Source of the DNA: Octopus sinensis
Taxonomy: Eukaryota
Assembly (NCBI RefSeq): GCF_006345805.1
Contig: NW_021833965.1
Location: forward strand, 1 to 64,000
Reading direction: 5' to 3'
Length of the DNA: 64,000 nt
Below the pieces are notes generated by a model that was given only the letters and a program-made list of their open reading frames with translations, ran no database searches and was not told the DNA's origin. A program made the translations under genes and the position numbers. Positions 39,955 through 54,840 of this stretch are shown here, in pieces. The number at the start of each line of letters is the position of its first letter. The stretch's first letter is position 1.

Positions 39955-40940
39955 ATATCCATAAGTTCAGAACAGTACTTCCCTTATTTATGTCACGCAT
40001 ATCATATATACGAGTGGCATTTAATCTTCTTCAAAGTAGTCTTCTTCGGAAGTCACACACTTAATCCAGTGCTGTTTCCATTTATGGAAAACATTCCTGG
40101 AACTCGTTTTCTGGGATAATCAGAAGGTGCGTTGCCATGGTGCAATTGCCACTCACCGGATGCATGCAGTTGTGGCCTTTTCCGAAGAATACCATCCCGC
40201 AAACGCCGTAAAACGTTACGGTGGTACTCCTTGTTTACTGCCTGACAAGGTGATGCATACTCATGATGAGCAATCGCCTTGTAGCCGTGCTTTCTTCAGT
40301 TTCGGAGAGGTTCGGGTCTTCCACTGCGAAGACTAACCCTTTGTTTCGGGATCATAGCCATCGACCCACGATTCATCACCCGTTATGACCACTTTCAAAA
40401 TGTTTTCATCGTTCTTGACACAATCAAAGAGATCTTGTGCAACTGAAAACCGAGTGTATTTATGGTCAGCTGAGTGTATTTATGCACATCCTCTCATAAC
40501 TCACAAATGGTGATTCGACGATTTCTACTCACAGCTGCATGCATATCTGTGAAATTTTTCTCAGTTCTGTTGGTTGCGGGCCTCCCAGAACGTTCGTCAA
40601 TATCGACATTTTTTCGGCCGTCTTGGAAATGTCTGAACCACTCGTACACTTGTTTGCGGCTCATTCACTCCTTTCCATGCACTTTCTGTAACTTTGCGTA
40701 GACCTCCTAGCAGGTACCGCCATAAAAACTTTCTATGTCATGGTTAATGTGATGATCACACGCTACACACCTTCCTTCTATGCACTTCTGTAAAGAGTAT
40801 AAGTGAGCTAGTACGTTAAAACTTAGTGTGCGTGTACAGTAGAGTTCAAGGTCAATGTATTTCAAGCGGCTTCACTCTGAGGTGTGCTTTAGCTTCGTTA
40901 CTATAGCAACAGTCTGGTTGTTTATTCATCAGGCCTCGTA
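39955..40940 (-). mobile_element. Mariner transposon relic, internally deleted
   Basis: MSRKQVYEWFRHFQDGR..DERSGRP, VITGDESWVDGYDPETK, HGNAP, C-terminal CVTSEEDYFEED*; 5' end tacgaggcctgatgaataaa at a TA. Confidence 0.88.
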
Positions 40941-41769
40941 TACATATATATGTGTATATATACACATATATGCATTTATATATACACACACGCATATATA
41001 TATATATGCATATATACATATATATATATATTCACACACACACACACATACGCGCACACACCACACGCACGTTCATCATTCGTTCATATATGTATATACA
41101 TACGCACATGCATATATGTGCGAGTGACAAGTGATTCTTCCCTTACCAATGCTTGCATAATAAACACAAGTGAATGTAAAGAAATGATATCGAAAACCAA
41201 ATTCTATTATTCCATTATTTAAGAATACATGACAAATTCTAACCACATTATGTATTATCCGATTGTAATGCATGTAATAGAAATTCCAAATGGATTCTAA
41301 GATATTGTAGGATAAGAAATGCTGTTAAGAATCGGTGGTGGTACCAATAACATTAGTAGTTGCCTCCATAGCTATGGCATTTTCTATCGACCTGGCTCCG
41401 AGCTCCATTTCGCTATCTCTAAATAATACTCATTTTTTGTGATAGAGATAATTGTTGAAGTTAGCGACAACACTCTGTAATTAATGTGCTTCGTTGGTTT
41501 GGATTTTTGTCTAAGTATGACCAGTCCTTTCAAAGGACGACTGTCGAACAGCAACCATTATAAAAATCAATCCGTAATATATCGAGACAGTAAATAGATC
41601 CTCAGTCGAGGTATTTTCATCAGTAACAAGGGAAATATTGAGACTGACTTTAATTGTGGAATTGTTAAATCTGCAACCATACTCTGGAGAATGAACGCTA
41701 TCTGTTCTTCCAAAAGCGTCGGCCTACGTTCAATGATATCATAGTTCTATCAATAGTTCTTTGTGTAAG

Positions 41770-41950
41770 TGAGACATGGAGGAGCACCATGGAATTCGAC
41801 CGAAAGCTCTATGTGTTCCTCCTATTTATCCTTCATAAGAATTCTGAGATCCTACTGGCAGGACCACATGACCACCGAAGAGCGCAAAAGAAGACCCACT
41901 TAGCGAAATCATTACAGAATGAAGAATAAAACGAGCAGATCTGATACTCC
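41770..41950 (+). pseudogene. Possible very degenerate RTE-type RT fragment
   Basis: ETW...KLYVF...IRILRSYWQDHMTTEE resembles the RTE ETW/RILxIxWQDxxTNEE region. Confidence 0.4.
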
Positions 41951-42559
41951 AACAGAAGCAGGGAACAAAAATCTGCTAAAGATTGTTTGCCACCATGACA
42001 TGACAATCCTGTTTTAGGACGAATATTGCTGTAATTTAGCCCCAGGAGACATCGTCTCCAGCTGGCTATATTTTCGAACAAGGGAATCTAACAACCCCAC
42101 TCAGCTCAAAACAATTCCCTTATTCGAAAATATAAAGACACAAATCGTGTCGTATAGTCTCCTAGGACTAAATTACAGCAACATTCGTCTTAAACTAGGA
42201 CTGCCATGTTATGTTGGCAAACAATCTTTACTCCAAAGTACTGTTGCTGAATATCTCTCGTTGTAGGATTTAAAAATAGTAATTTTCTAACAAAAGCTAC
42301 ATTGCGCAGAATATTCATAACTGACATGGAAGAGGCCAATATCACAAGGCTGGGTGTAGAGAAAACAAGAGCCAACATTATTAACCTTTAGTGTCAACTG
42401 GCTGCCCTGTGTGTTCAAGAGCATATGAAAAATTGATTGTGACTAGGTGCCACGTTGCGTTTATATAGATAAATATTCCATACAATATGTCAACTAAATG
42501 CTCAAGTTGCTACTCTCGGTACAGCTGAAAATGGACACCAGACTAACGTGATAGCCACC

Positions 42560-43450
42560 TCTGTAACTGTCACACTCTTGCAGTTCTGCTCGGATAGCGA
42601 GTGGGAGGATAGAAATATTTTCTGCATCTGCTTTCGATGATAATGTTTACTCAAAAAGCTTCACCGACAACCACATGTGATGTAGCGAGTTAAATATTGT
42701 AGCATTTTTTGATAAATCTACCAACATATGTTTTTCACAAAACTACACATTCTAACCATTCTAAATACTTGTTAATTCCTGTTTCGTAAGAAAAACAACT
42801 GCTCAAAATGTAATTATCCTAGGTGTTAAACATCAGCTACACTCTCTTCTTTGAGTATCTTTCTAAAAATTCATGTTTAGAGACTGAGCTTCCCTGGAGT
42901 TCTTTCCCTTCATTTCTGAGAACAAATTTTCCTTACCATTATGTTTTACATTAGTCTTCTAACTTCATTCAATAAAAATTGCATTAATCATCCTTTCACT
43001 TGAAGTATGGTAGTCTGTATTCGCTATCATACGTTACTAATGATATTGAACAATGCAAACATTATGACAGCATTAGGCAACAGAAAAGTTTCTCTGGACC
43101 ACATAACAGATAATTGTCTTTGACATAGAAACTACTATACAATATCGGTAACAGGATACGAACCATTGATTCATCTTCTTGGAATTTATGTATTCTGTCG
43201 AATCGGACATTTTTGGCTTCCATTGTTAAAAGAAACGAGCAATTTCGTAGCCCGAAACAGCCGAGTAATTTATCTATTTTACATAGCTTCAATATACATC
43301 CTTCAGACACATACTGCAATAGAGCTTGTAAGAGACAATCATAAACTCTTAACCGATTTTTCTCAAACAATTGTTGTACGATATGTGTTTCTGCAACATT
43401 GCTATAGAATAATAATTGCATCCTTTTACTCTTTCAAATAGATGCTAAAT
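42560..43450 (-). pseudogene. Possible degenerate hAT transposase fragment
   Basis: LLGCFGLRN and FQEDESMVRILL..LCGPEK resemble Charlie-type motifs; ITCGCR*SF resembles the dimerisation domain. Judged by eye only. Confidence 0.35.
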
Positions 43451-43496
43451 ACAGACATATTTCTTGACTAAAAGCAACGGATTCTACTAATGTATG

Positions 43497-43527
<31 letters not shown>

Positions 43528-43646
43528 GCATTGCTATAATCCGTTATATATATATATGTATATATATACGTGTGTGTATGTGTATGTGTGTGAGTGCGCT
43601 CGCGTATGCGTGTATCTTCTGTGTGTGAGTGTCTGTATATATAATA

Positions 43647-43677
<31 letters not shown>

Positions 43678-44599
43678 CATATATTCATATATATATGTAT
43701 ATTTATATGTATATACATATATACAGGTACGTATGTGTACGTATATATGATATATTCGCATGTATATATAATGTATGTATATATATATGTATATAGATAT
43801 ATGTATGTATATATATTTAATACATGTGTTCATATATATATATATATATATATATAAATCGATTATCATTTTACAGCTATGGGTCTTTCAATCTCTCCTC
43901 GCCCTCTCTCCCTCTCTTTCTCTGTCACTCTCTTTATCGACGATTCTCTAACTATCATTCATTCGTTCTTTCATTTCTTTTGTGCGATCTCATTTCCCCC
44001 GTCATCTTAATCATCGTATTAATGCAGACATCTATTTCCGGATATAACGACGCCAGTTCTTCCTCAAACATACTTCTGGTGAAAACTTGCTCAAACAATC
44101 ACTATAAATATTCCTATCTAAAAGAACGTTTGCCTCGCTCTACTACTTGGAATAAAACAGATAGCTTTATCAATCTCCGAGTCACAACTCATTGCAAACT
44201 ATTTGTCGTGCACGCGGACAGTAACACATAATGTTGTATAAACGACCACATACAAACACAATCATATATATATATATATATATATATAATGTGTGGTGTG
44301 AGAGAGAGAGAGAGAGAGAGAGAATACAGTGTATAGTTATATACATATATAACCATAGAGGTACACACGTGTACATGCACACACCAACGCACACTTTCAG
44401 CTGGTAGAGTAAAGTGCATTAATTCCGTGGTGAGTTCCTTTATGACGTAGGGACACACGGATACGCACGCGCATGCGCACACAAGCGCATGCCCATAAAC
44501 ACACAAAGCATGCAACATCGGAAATGGACCCACAATATGTCAATGTCTCCTTGGTCGATTCATCCATATCTATGCGGTCAATTCATAGATGACATGGCC

Positions 44600-44711
44600 A
44601 GCTCTCAGGCTTTCTGACCCATCGCTGTTTATACATGCATATATATACATACATACACACATATATGCAAGTGCATATATATATATGTAAGTATGTATGT
44701 ATGTATGTATG

Positions 44712-44780
<69 letters not shown>

Positions 44781-45723
44781 ACATAATATTATAATATATA
44801 AATAATATATATATTTTTATATATATATATATGCATATATATATATTTTATATTTATATGATATATATATAATTATACTTATATGGATATATATATATAT
44901 ATATACGCACGCATACACACGCACACATATACATCTGAAAGTACATGTCTCTCTTTATGCCAATGCATATTTTACTGATGCACATATACAGCGGCACACT
45001 TTCTCTATCTCTGTATTCCTGTCGATATTCTATTTGTATTCTTACATTCTTTTTTAGTCTCGTTATGCATACATTCATATGCTTATGGTACATACATATT
45101 TCTCAATACATATGATTTGTATTTATACGCAACTAAATGGATATATAATGCTGAGATTAAAGTTCAGTTTGTGAAACTAATGCAATTATACTCGCTTGTC
45201 ATGTATTTGTACCCAGTGTTACGAATAATATTCCATCTGAGACTAAAATATACATTACACTATACAAAGTGTTGGAAACGTGTTTGCTTTTAGGATAACA
45301 GCCATCTTTTTATGCTCTTTAGGAGTGCTTACTCTCACACAAAGAATATCAAGAAATATGCATCAACGTACACTGCCGGTATGTGTGTATATGTGCATAT
45401 AGATAAATGTATATACATATATACATATACATATATAAATATATATATATATATGTGTGTATACATATATGAAGATATATATGGATATATGTACATGTAT
45501 AAACATACATATATACATGTGTGTATGTATATATATATATGTATATGTACATATAAAGATATATATATATATATGGGTATATGGATATATATATATATGA
45601 ATATATGTACATATATAAATATATATATACATGTGTGTATGTATATATATATAAGTATATGTATATATAAAGATATATATAGATATCACACACTCACACA
45701 CACACACAACACACACACCACAC

Positions 45724-45769
<46 letters not shown>

Positions 45770-45950
45770 GTGTGTATGTGTGTGTATTCATACGCATATC
45801 TCGATAAAGATATAAAGTGGTCTGTTTTGATCTTGGTGGTAAATATCATACACAACCTCTTCTTTTGTACGTATATACAACACATATAATGATATTCATT
45901 CTTACATACACACCGTCAGGAACACACACGCCTATTTACACAAGTGCATG

Positions 45951-45983
<33 letters not shown>

Positions 45984-46400
45984 ATTCTCATATATATATA
46001 TACATATATATATGTATATGTATATGTATATATTTATATATATGTATATGTATATATTTATATATATGTATATGTATATATATATATACGCACTCGTTTA
46101 TATATTTTATATGTGGACACATATTTACATATATATGTGTATATATAGAAACAAGAACGAATCGCCCATGTCAAATTTATATGTATAGATATATATATAC
46201 CGTGTATGCATACATACATATGTTTATGTAAGTATGCATGTAAAAATGTGTGTTTGTTGCAGGCGTGTGTGTGTATGTATGTATATATATTTATATATAT
46301 GTACGCACATATATATGCATATATATATATATATGCTTTTATGAGTTTGTGAGTGAGAGTGAGAAAGTGGGTGAGTGAGTGAGTGAGTGAGCGAAGTGTT
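44600..46400. repeat. Long compound TA/TG/TATG microsatellite region
   Basis: Visible runs separated by short unique spacers. Confidence 0.9.
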
Positions 46401-47289
46401 ATATATGTTTTTAAGTACGTTTAACAGTCATATAATTTATCCTTCCAAGATATACAGAGATTAAAGAAAGATATTTAAATTGCTTGAATATTCAAAACGT
46501 TTAAAAACCCGATGGAGTTCGAACATTGAATATTCTGTTGCAATTGCGAGTATTGTTGAAATTTCTTCTCCAAGTTTCACTCTTGAAAATATACCTTTTA
46601 ATGACATTTCCATGTAGTCAGTTGCTCAACGTAAGCGAGTGTAGGAAATGTGTTATGTTTTGTTTATAAATATTAAGACCGTTAGTCCTAGCGAACATTG
46701 TTCACATATGTAGAGTTGTGACAGAACCATATTTGCACTGGTGGAGATGATTATATTTGAATGCATCTCGAACAAAAATAGCCACGTATTTTTCCTATTT
46801 TACATATATACACCTTTCACATGCAAAATACTGAGGTTTTCGTCTGACATAACATCCCTTGTGGACGTACTGTGTTACAAAATGCATTGTATATCGGACG
46901 GTAATTCATTTCCCTCAAATATAATTTAAAAAGGTTTTTAATATTTTTTAAAATCCTCGCTAATGCAAATTATAAAGTAATTAATAACTGAAATCAATGA
47001 TTAGGATGATCAATTGGTATTTGAATATTTCATAGTAATGGAAACCATTCCATAAATTTCAAGAATAGATATTAATATACAAGGTAATAGTAGTAACAAT
47101 CGTTTTGTATTATTAATCATTTACAATTTGCCTTATTTGGGCTTTAAAAAGAACCTATTTAAAATTCATATCTGGAAATGCTTCATGAAAAATATATATT
47201 ATGTTTTTAACACGGCACATCTTTTAAAGATTTTATTTAGTATGAAGACAGCATTACCATACGTGTCAAAGAAGTATACACGTTAAGTA

Positions 47290-47880
47290 GGATATCTGGT
47301 CGTCGGCCGACCGTCAGAGGTCGACGTTGACTGTTTTGTTTAGAAATCACATTTGTCATGTGGATAACAAGGCCTGCTCTTGATCTGCCGTAGCGACGAC
47401 ATCTGCTGTTAGTGAATTTACGTCTAACAACGGAGAAGTGACGCTTCTCATGTGCACTTTCATTTTGTCACTGTTGTTTCTCCTCAATGGCTGGAATTAC
47501 GAGGATCAGCGATCAGTGCCGTTCATAGCGCCGCAAAGCCTTCTCCTCCCATGTGCCTCGGGCAAATGCTGGAGTTATTCATATGTCTCTTCAGTACATA
47601 CCTCTATCACAACCTGTGCTCTTGCCCAGACGCAGTTCAGTGTTAAAAAAATATCTTTGGGAGCATTTCATGCGTAAACATGTACCACTACGATGAGGTA
47701 ATGAAGGCCTCCATGATAAATTCGCAAGCGAAACGCAGCAACTCATCTCAAGTGCGATCCTGCCATCTGATATGCAAGATGGAGCGCAGAAGACGAATGG
47801 GAACGCGCAGCGGAGACGCTTGATGTGCATTCCGTGACGTAGAGAGGGTAAGGAATGACTGCAGTACTGTACACCTTTTG
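47290..47880 (-). mobile_element. RTE (BovB-like) LINE 3' fragment
   Basis: KVYSTAVIP..LYVTE, HIKRL, ILHIRWQDR, LPKDIF..ELRLGK, W EEKA, terminal C..CRSRAGLLSHM. Confidence 0.82.
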
Positions 47881-47924
47881 TATGTATGTATGTATGTATG
47901 TATGTATGTATGTATGTATGTATG

Positions 47925-47984
<60 letters not shown>

Positions 47985-48414
47985 GTATGTATGTATGTAT
48001 GTATGTATGTATCAAGTATCATAATATTTTGTTCTCCGACTTGAAGCGACAATTTATAAGTACAAGCAAATGACTGGAAAATGATCAGCTAGCCCCAGCC
48101 AGAATCGAACCCACAAATCAACCCTAACATGGCTCCATGCGCAAACGTTCACCCATCAATTTCAGCCAAATGTATTTAATATATACTTAAACTAATACGA
48201 CATATAATATTTGTAAACTCTTTGTTTTTGTATTCATAAATTGTCACTTCATATAGGAGAATAAAATATTACTAAGATACATTATTATGCAGTTATTATT
48301 ATACTATGGGCCTTCCATATCAACTTTCTTTCCGTAACTTACAAGGCCTTCTGCGTTTGTTTACATACACATACACACACACACACACATTTATATAATT
48401 TTTTTTCCGACCAG

Positions 48415-48684
48415 TCCATCAGATGTAGTTACACATCGCTGGTCACAATGCGTTCGCATTGTTTTAGCCTTCGAATGACGCCACCCAGTTGGCTAAGCGA
48501 GCAGGCCAACAGAAGAAAGAGTGGGAGAAAGTGTGGTGAAAGAGTACAGCAGGGATCACCACCCCCTGCCGGAGCCTCGTGTAGCTTTTAGGTGTTTTCG
48601 CTCAATAAACACTCACAACACCCGGTCTGGGAATCGAACCCGCGATCCTACGACCGCGAGTCCGCTGCCCTAAACACTAGGCCT

Positions 48685-48686
<2 letters not shown>
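48415..48686 (-). mobile_element. SINE family B (tail type iv)
   Basis: ggtctgggaatcgaacccgcgatcctacgaccgcgagtccgctgccctaaacactaggcc head plus gagtacagcagggatcaccacc tail. Confidence 0.85.
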
Positions 48687-48744
<58 letters not shown>

Positions 48745-49003
48745 ACGTAAAAAATATATATTATGTCTTAGTGATTTTTTATATACATTAAAAAGTGCGT
48801 TACTCTCTGGGAGATCTTTCTGGTAGCAAAAAGGCAAAGCAATTAGCTGACCCCTGATTATAATTATGTTTATAATTATAGAATATTCGTATAATTTTAC
48901 CTAAAAAGGTTACTTTAACGTACCGAACTACTCGGTAAAATTATTAAATATTAATTAATTAATTGATTAATCAATTTTACCCTTTTATTATTATTAAATA
49001 TAC

Positions 49004-49053
<50 letters not shown>

Positions 49054-49638
49054 TATCAATACGTATTTTCAGTATATAAATATACTTTGTGAAGAACTTC
49101 TTAAATGTTTCTGGAAAATTTCTCATATTGTATCAAAAACTTTTCCTCAGAGAAGTAATATATGCTTGGTTTGCTTTCCCGATATCTCAATATTAATAAT
49201 GGTGTCACACAAAGTCATATGCGTGCTGTTTGTGGTGTCGATGTTAGCAAAGTATGTGACTGCGCATCGTAGCTAGCCATTTAGATTTAGATAATATATA
49301 GTCATATGAAAGTTTTGAGTCTCGATGACAAAGAGCAGACAACGAATACTTTCGTATGTAAAGAAATAAAACAGTTTGAAAGTTGAGTCTGTTTAGTGTA
49401 GTGGCTGCCCCGACTCCCAAAGCTTATATTAGTTATGTAAATGACGAAAGCGTACATATATATACACACACACACACAAACACACAGGCACACACGCACC
49501 CACACACACATATATATATACATACACACGCAAACCAACATAACATGTATCCATACACAAAAACGCACTCTTGTATACACATGCCCATCTTCCCCAAAAA
49601 CACAAACACTCATATATAGACACACAACACCGCTTCAA

Positions 49639-49688
<50 letters not shown>

Positions 49689-50287
49689 AGGTATACACAT
49701 ATATATATGCATGTGTGTGTGTGTGTGTGTGTGTACTTGTACGTATATATATGTATATACATGCGCGCGCATATATATGTTTCCATCTATATATAGATAC
49801 AAAATGTACAAGCAACACGTTCAAATACAAAAACATACACACACTTACACACATACACACACATACACACACACATACACGAACTTCGCAAATATTTATA
49901 ATGTGTATTTCTACATCATTTCCTTTCGGTAAAGAGAATTAAAACAAACAAAAAATTAATAAATGACACACAAAAATTTAAAAACACATACACTGGGGTA
50001 AAATCTGCAACAAAGTGTTTTAAACAAACAACAAAAAATATATAACAGAAAAAAAGAAAATCATATTAAATACAATTTACGAAACGATTTTTTTCCCCGA
50101 GAATTAGAAAATCATAAATAAGAAAAACTAATTCACTCTCACAATTCTGTATCGGAGCTAAGACACCATTTTTTTTTCTTTCACTATTATATTATTACTT
50201 TTACAAGTTTACGTTGGACTCCTAAAATCACACATTGACAATCATAGACACGCAACAATTTTTTTCATGTTATTATTATTATCATTA

Positions 50288-50327
<40 letters not shown>

Positions 50328-50342
50328 TATTATTATTGTTAT

Positions 50343-50399
<57 letters not shown>

Positions 50400-50477
50400 A
50401 AGTAGTAGTTTCTTCATAATTCATTTTCTTTTTTTAATATTTTCATTCATTTCCACATTCATATAAGTTTTTACTGC

Positions 50478-50568
<91 letters not shown>

Positions 50569-51111
50569 GTATGTGTATGTATGTATATATATGTACATTT
50601 ATGCATAAATGTATTTATATTTATACATATACATATATACACATTTATTTATACATATATATACATATATATGCACACATATATATTACACGCACACACA
50701 TATACATATACACACACAAACATATATATATACACATACACACACACACACATATATATATATATAATATATATATATCATTTATTTATTTATTTATTTT
50801 TGTTGGGGCGGATTTTTTCTTCTGTTCTGTTTTGTACTTTAGTTTCATAAAAAAATAACACAATTTGAATATGATAACGAAGTAAAATATATTTCTGTTA
50901 TTCCCTTCCACGTATTAAAGCAATATCCGCGTATGATATTTAATAGTCGGCAATTGAATATCAAATCGTTTGCGTCTATTTTATTTCATTTTAATAACTG
51001 AGTCAGTGGAAGAAAAGTAGCGCTCATGGCGTTATTCAGGGCCTCCATATCCGCTGAAAGCAACAGAGACCGGACGTGAATGACTGGAACAAATTAGTTT
51101 TCTAAGGCTAT

Positions 51112-51432
51112 AGCAGAGCCCACCGTCGTTTACAAGGGTGAATTGTCCAGTTGATCCGACCAACGGAACAGCCTGCTCGTGAAATTAAAGTGCAAATGGT
51201 CGAGCACATCACGGATACAAGTGTACTATTAACGTAATTCTCAGGGAGATTCTGCGTGACACACCGACAGTGACAAGGCTGGTCCATTGAACCATAAGTA
51301 CAACACACTTTTGCCAACTGTGTTGACAAGAGCAACGTCTTGCTCAAGGACACACTGCGCAGCCGCGAATCGAGCTCATCACCATACGATCGTAAGCTGA
51401 ACACACCAACCGCTAACCCATGCGCCTTCGCC
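51112..51432 (-). mobile_element. SINE family B (tail type i)
   Basis: Reverse complement of the 24402-type copy. Confidence 0.85.
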
Positions 51433-51791
51433 ATTCTCTTGAAATCAACTAATGGCAACTTGATGAATACTTTCTTCTGTAGGTACAGGATGTAAAATCG
51501 AAACTTTTTAATTCTTCTTCCATTTTTCCACTTTGGTAGAAAGTTCGTACATTTCGTGCACCTTGGCTTTATTACATATCTGACGCTCAGAATTAGGCAT
51601 TTGAAGCCTCGGATATCCATTTGGCTTTCATTAGTGTCTGTCATTGTTGGATCATTTTTATAGTGCAGTCTCCCTGACCTAGGTTTTGCGATTGGCTTCC
51701 TTTGTGGTCCCTATTGTACTGGGTTAATTTGCTGGTTCAACTTCCAACGATCTTTCTTTTCCCAGGATTAGGACCAGAATGATAGGATATA

Positions 51792-52008
51792 TGAGAAGGT
51801 GCTGAAAAGTTCCTTACTTTAAGGGTATCGCGAAAGGCCTGACAGGAGGACCAAACTTCCAAGTTCTTTTACAGGGTTTAGAAATACTTAAGGATCACTG
51901 CAATTATTGTGTGAATCTGAGAGGGAAATATGTTGGATAAAATCACAATTAACTGATCCTTCTTCATTTTCTTTTACCCAAAGCCAGGAACTTTTCAGCA
52001 CCCCCTCG
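51792..52008. mobile_element. Tc1/mariner MITE (~217 bp)
   Basis: TIRs tgagaaggtgctgaaaagttcct / aggaacttttcagcaccccctcg; TA flanks at 51790-51791 and 52009-52010. Confidence 0.85.
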
Positions 52009-52011
52009 TAC

Positions 52012-52180
52012 CTGCCAAGGCCTGAAATATCCTTGGCTAGGGGTTACTCGATTATATCTTCCTAACGTTTGACTGATACATATTTCTGAGCAGAATTTGA
52101 ACTCAGAACGTAATGGGTCGAACGATAGACCGCTAAATATTTGGCCCGATGCGCTAACGGTACTGCCAGTTTGCCGACTT
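52012..52180 (-). mobile_element. SINE family A, deleted
   Basis: caaggcctgaaat...gaatttgaactcagaacgtaa...gccagtttgccgactt. Confidence 0.7.
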
Positions 52181-52514
52181 AGTTGATGGTCATCATAAAT
52201 GCGGCAAAATAGTTATTCATATCCAAATACGGGGTCCAACAGTAAATGTTTATACAATAAAAGTCGTAGTTGCAAAATGCCCTTAACGCCAGGGAGTCTT
52301 TAGAACTGAATAACCGACATCCGGTAACCTCTAAACATGTTGCGCTGCTGGATTAACAATTCAACGTACACCTACAGTAGCAATACTTGAACACATTCGA
52401 CTCGCCGTGTCTGTTGACCCGAGGGATCGCTGAGAGTTTGGGGTCTTAAAATATCGAAGTTCTTCCAGATAATAATAGTTAAGCAATATTACCATATCAA
52501 TGTCGGTTTCAAAT

Positions 52515-52700
52515 TTTGGCACAAGGCCAGCAATTTCGGGAAGGGGGTGCCATAAGTCGATTACATCTATCGCAGTCCTCAACAGGTACATATTTCATCA
52601 ACCCCGATATCATGAAAGGCAAAGTCGACCTCAGCGGAATTTGAACTCAAAACGTACAGACGGACGAAATGCAGTTAAGTATTTTGTCCGTCTTCTAAAC
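52515..52700 (-). mobile_element. SINE family A
   Basis: aaggccagcaatttcggg...gaaaggcaaagtcgacctcagcggaatttgaactcaaaacgt. Confidence 0.75.
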
Positions 52701-52879
52701 TAGACAAAATACAAAGCCATCTATCGCCTTTGTTCCATAGATGTTCGGATGCACAAGCTCACACATATCCTCAGGGTTTCATTTTGGAGTCACTGAGTAT
52801 TTTGCTTTGCAAGATACACATTTGTCCGGGCGATATGACTGAGATGCACTGAGACCCAGCCTCTCTCCAGTGAACACGC

Positions 52880-53135
52880 TAATGACATGTACCAGTCATT
52901 CCATTTTAGCCGAAGTCTTTTAAAAGCCTGTTGCTTCCATATTTTGTCCATGGCACGCTTTCTGCTAACTTCCATAAAGCTCAGTGTTTAGAATACCTTA
53001 CTATGGAGATGACTTGCGATCTTTCTATGCCTATCTCCACCGGAATGCAGTTGGTCTTACATCCGTTCTTCCAGCTATTTTCCACCAGCCACCGTTACTT
53101 CACCGCATTCCATTCTTAAAATTACCCCACCCCGT
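52880..53135 (-). pseudogene. Probable HERO-clade non-LTR retrotransposon C-terminal relic
   Basis: EVTV..., KNGCKTNCIPVEIG, RKRAMDKIWKQ...RLRLKW resemble the ELTVPWE / PVEVGCRG / RWLW endonuclease tail. Confidence 0.45.
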
Positions 53136-54210
53136 TCACCAAGAACACGGTATATCGATATATCAATAATTATAAATAATTTAGCCAGAAACTTTATTTG
53201 GCAGTGATGAGAAAAGGAACGAATGAAAAAAAGCGCAGCATTAAATGCCATCTCTTTAGTTGCGTTCCTCTGTGGTTTGAATTCCCCTGACTCTTTCACA
53301 TCAAACTTATTCCCGAATCAACAGAGATATTTCCTATTTACACTGCGCATAGTAGGACACCTTGTGAGTGGTCCCAATTCATTAAATTAATTAACGATTC
53401 CTTCTAGGTAGCAAGATAAAACTCCATTGGGACATGAAATTAATATACTCTATTTGTCATCCATGTAGATTCTTTTCCCCTTCAACGATTCACATAGTGA
53501 CAGAATATTATTATCACCACGATATTTTTTTGTCACGAAAGACACTGATTTTCACTTCGTGATGGTACCGTTCCTGCCTTAAATGTATGTAAATTGTTAT
53601 CTTGGTCTTTGTTAAGACGTATTTAGGCTCGTGGAACTAAATCACAGAATTAAAATGAGGAAAACATTTACGATTCAGATAAGTTGTTTCTATCATCCAT
53701 TCAACAACTCAATAGATGTAATAAATAAATATTTGAAACAGTTGTAACCGTCAGTGATCGTAGCTGTATGGGGCCAAGTGCTGTAACTGCGCGTCCCAGC
53801 AGCCACCATTTGTTGGTAACTTCTACTCCGGCCGGATGACATCTTTGCAACCCTCGCACCTATGGGTCCGTTTGAACAGTCGTTGCTGGAGAGGGTTTTA
53901 CGAGGTCGGAGTACAAATCCTACCGCAATCTCTTTTAGATCCTTTTTGTTATAGGCGAAAAGAAACATTGGGTCTATTCCTTGGCGTGCCCGTCTCCACA
54001 CAGAAACTATTACACTGATGTTGAATCGAGTTGGCAAACGACTTCGTTTCAAGTCATTTCCGTTTCTTAATGTAGTCAACTTTTCAGAAGAAAATCATAT
54101 AGCCTCTTCAAAGGAGGATCTATTGTTCAGAAATACATAAGAGATTTTGAGGAGGACCTACTTTTTAAAAAATCGAACTGACATCTAGTGTGTGTGAGTG
54201 TGTATACGTT

Positions 54211-54257
<47 letters not shown>

Positions 54258-54728
54258 GTATGTATGTATGTATGTATGTAGAGATGACACCGGAAAAGCA
54301 CAAAGGATATGGTAATGAACTTCATTAGCTTGCAAATGTTTCTGCTATAAGACGCGGTGGACTCTTAGTTGAGTACCTGAATAATATCCCATAGCTTCAT
54401 CAGAACCTGGAATATGAAGTGTACTTTGTTCGTGAAAATTACATTTTCGGAACATACAAGTATCTGAGCGAGAAGGTCTATGTTGATGCCTAGGAAAAAG
54501 AAAAAACAAAACCTTTCCAGTGTCAATTCTTTGTTTATATTATCATTCTATACTTATCAAACTTTGTGTTAGATGAGTACCAGATTGTTAGACTCGATAC
54601 GCCTAAGCATTATATATGCATGTATATATGTATATATGTATGTATGTATGGTTATATGTGTGCATATATAAAAATATATATATATAAACGTATATATACA
54701 TATATACACAGATATATGTATATATATA

Positions 54729-54767
<39 letters not shown>

Positions 54768-54803
54768 CACACACACACACACACACACACAATATATATA
54801 TAT

Positions 54804-54837
<34 letters not shown>

Positions 54838-54840
54838 ATA

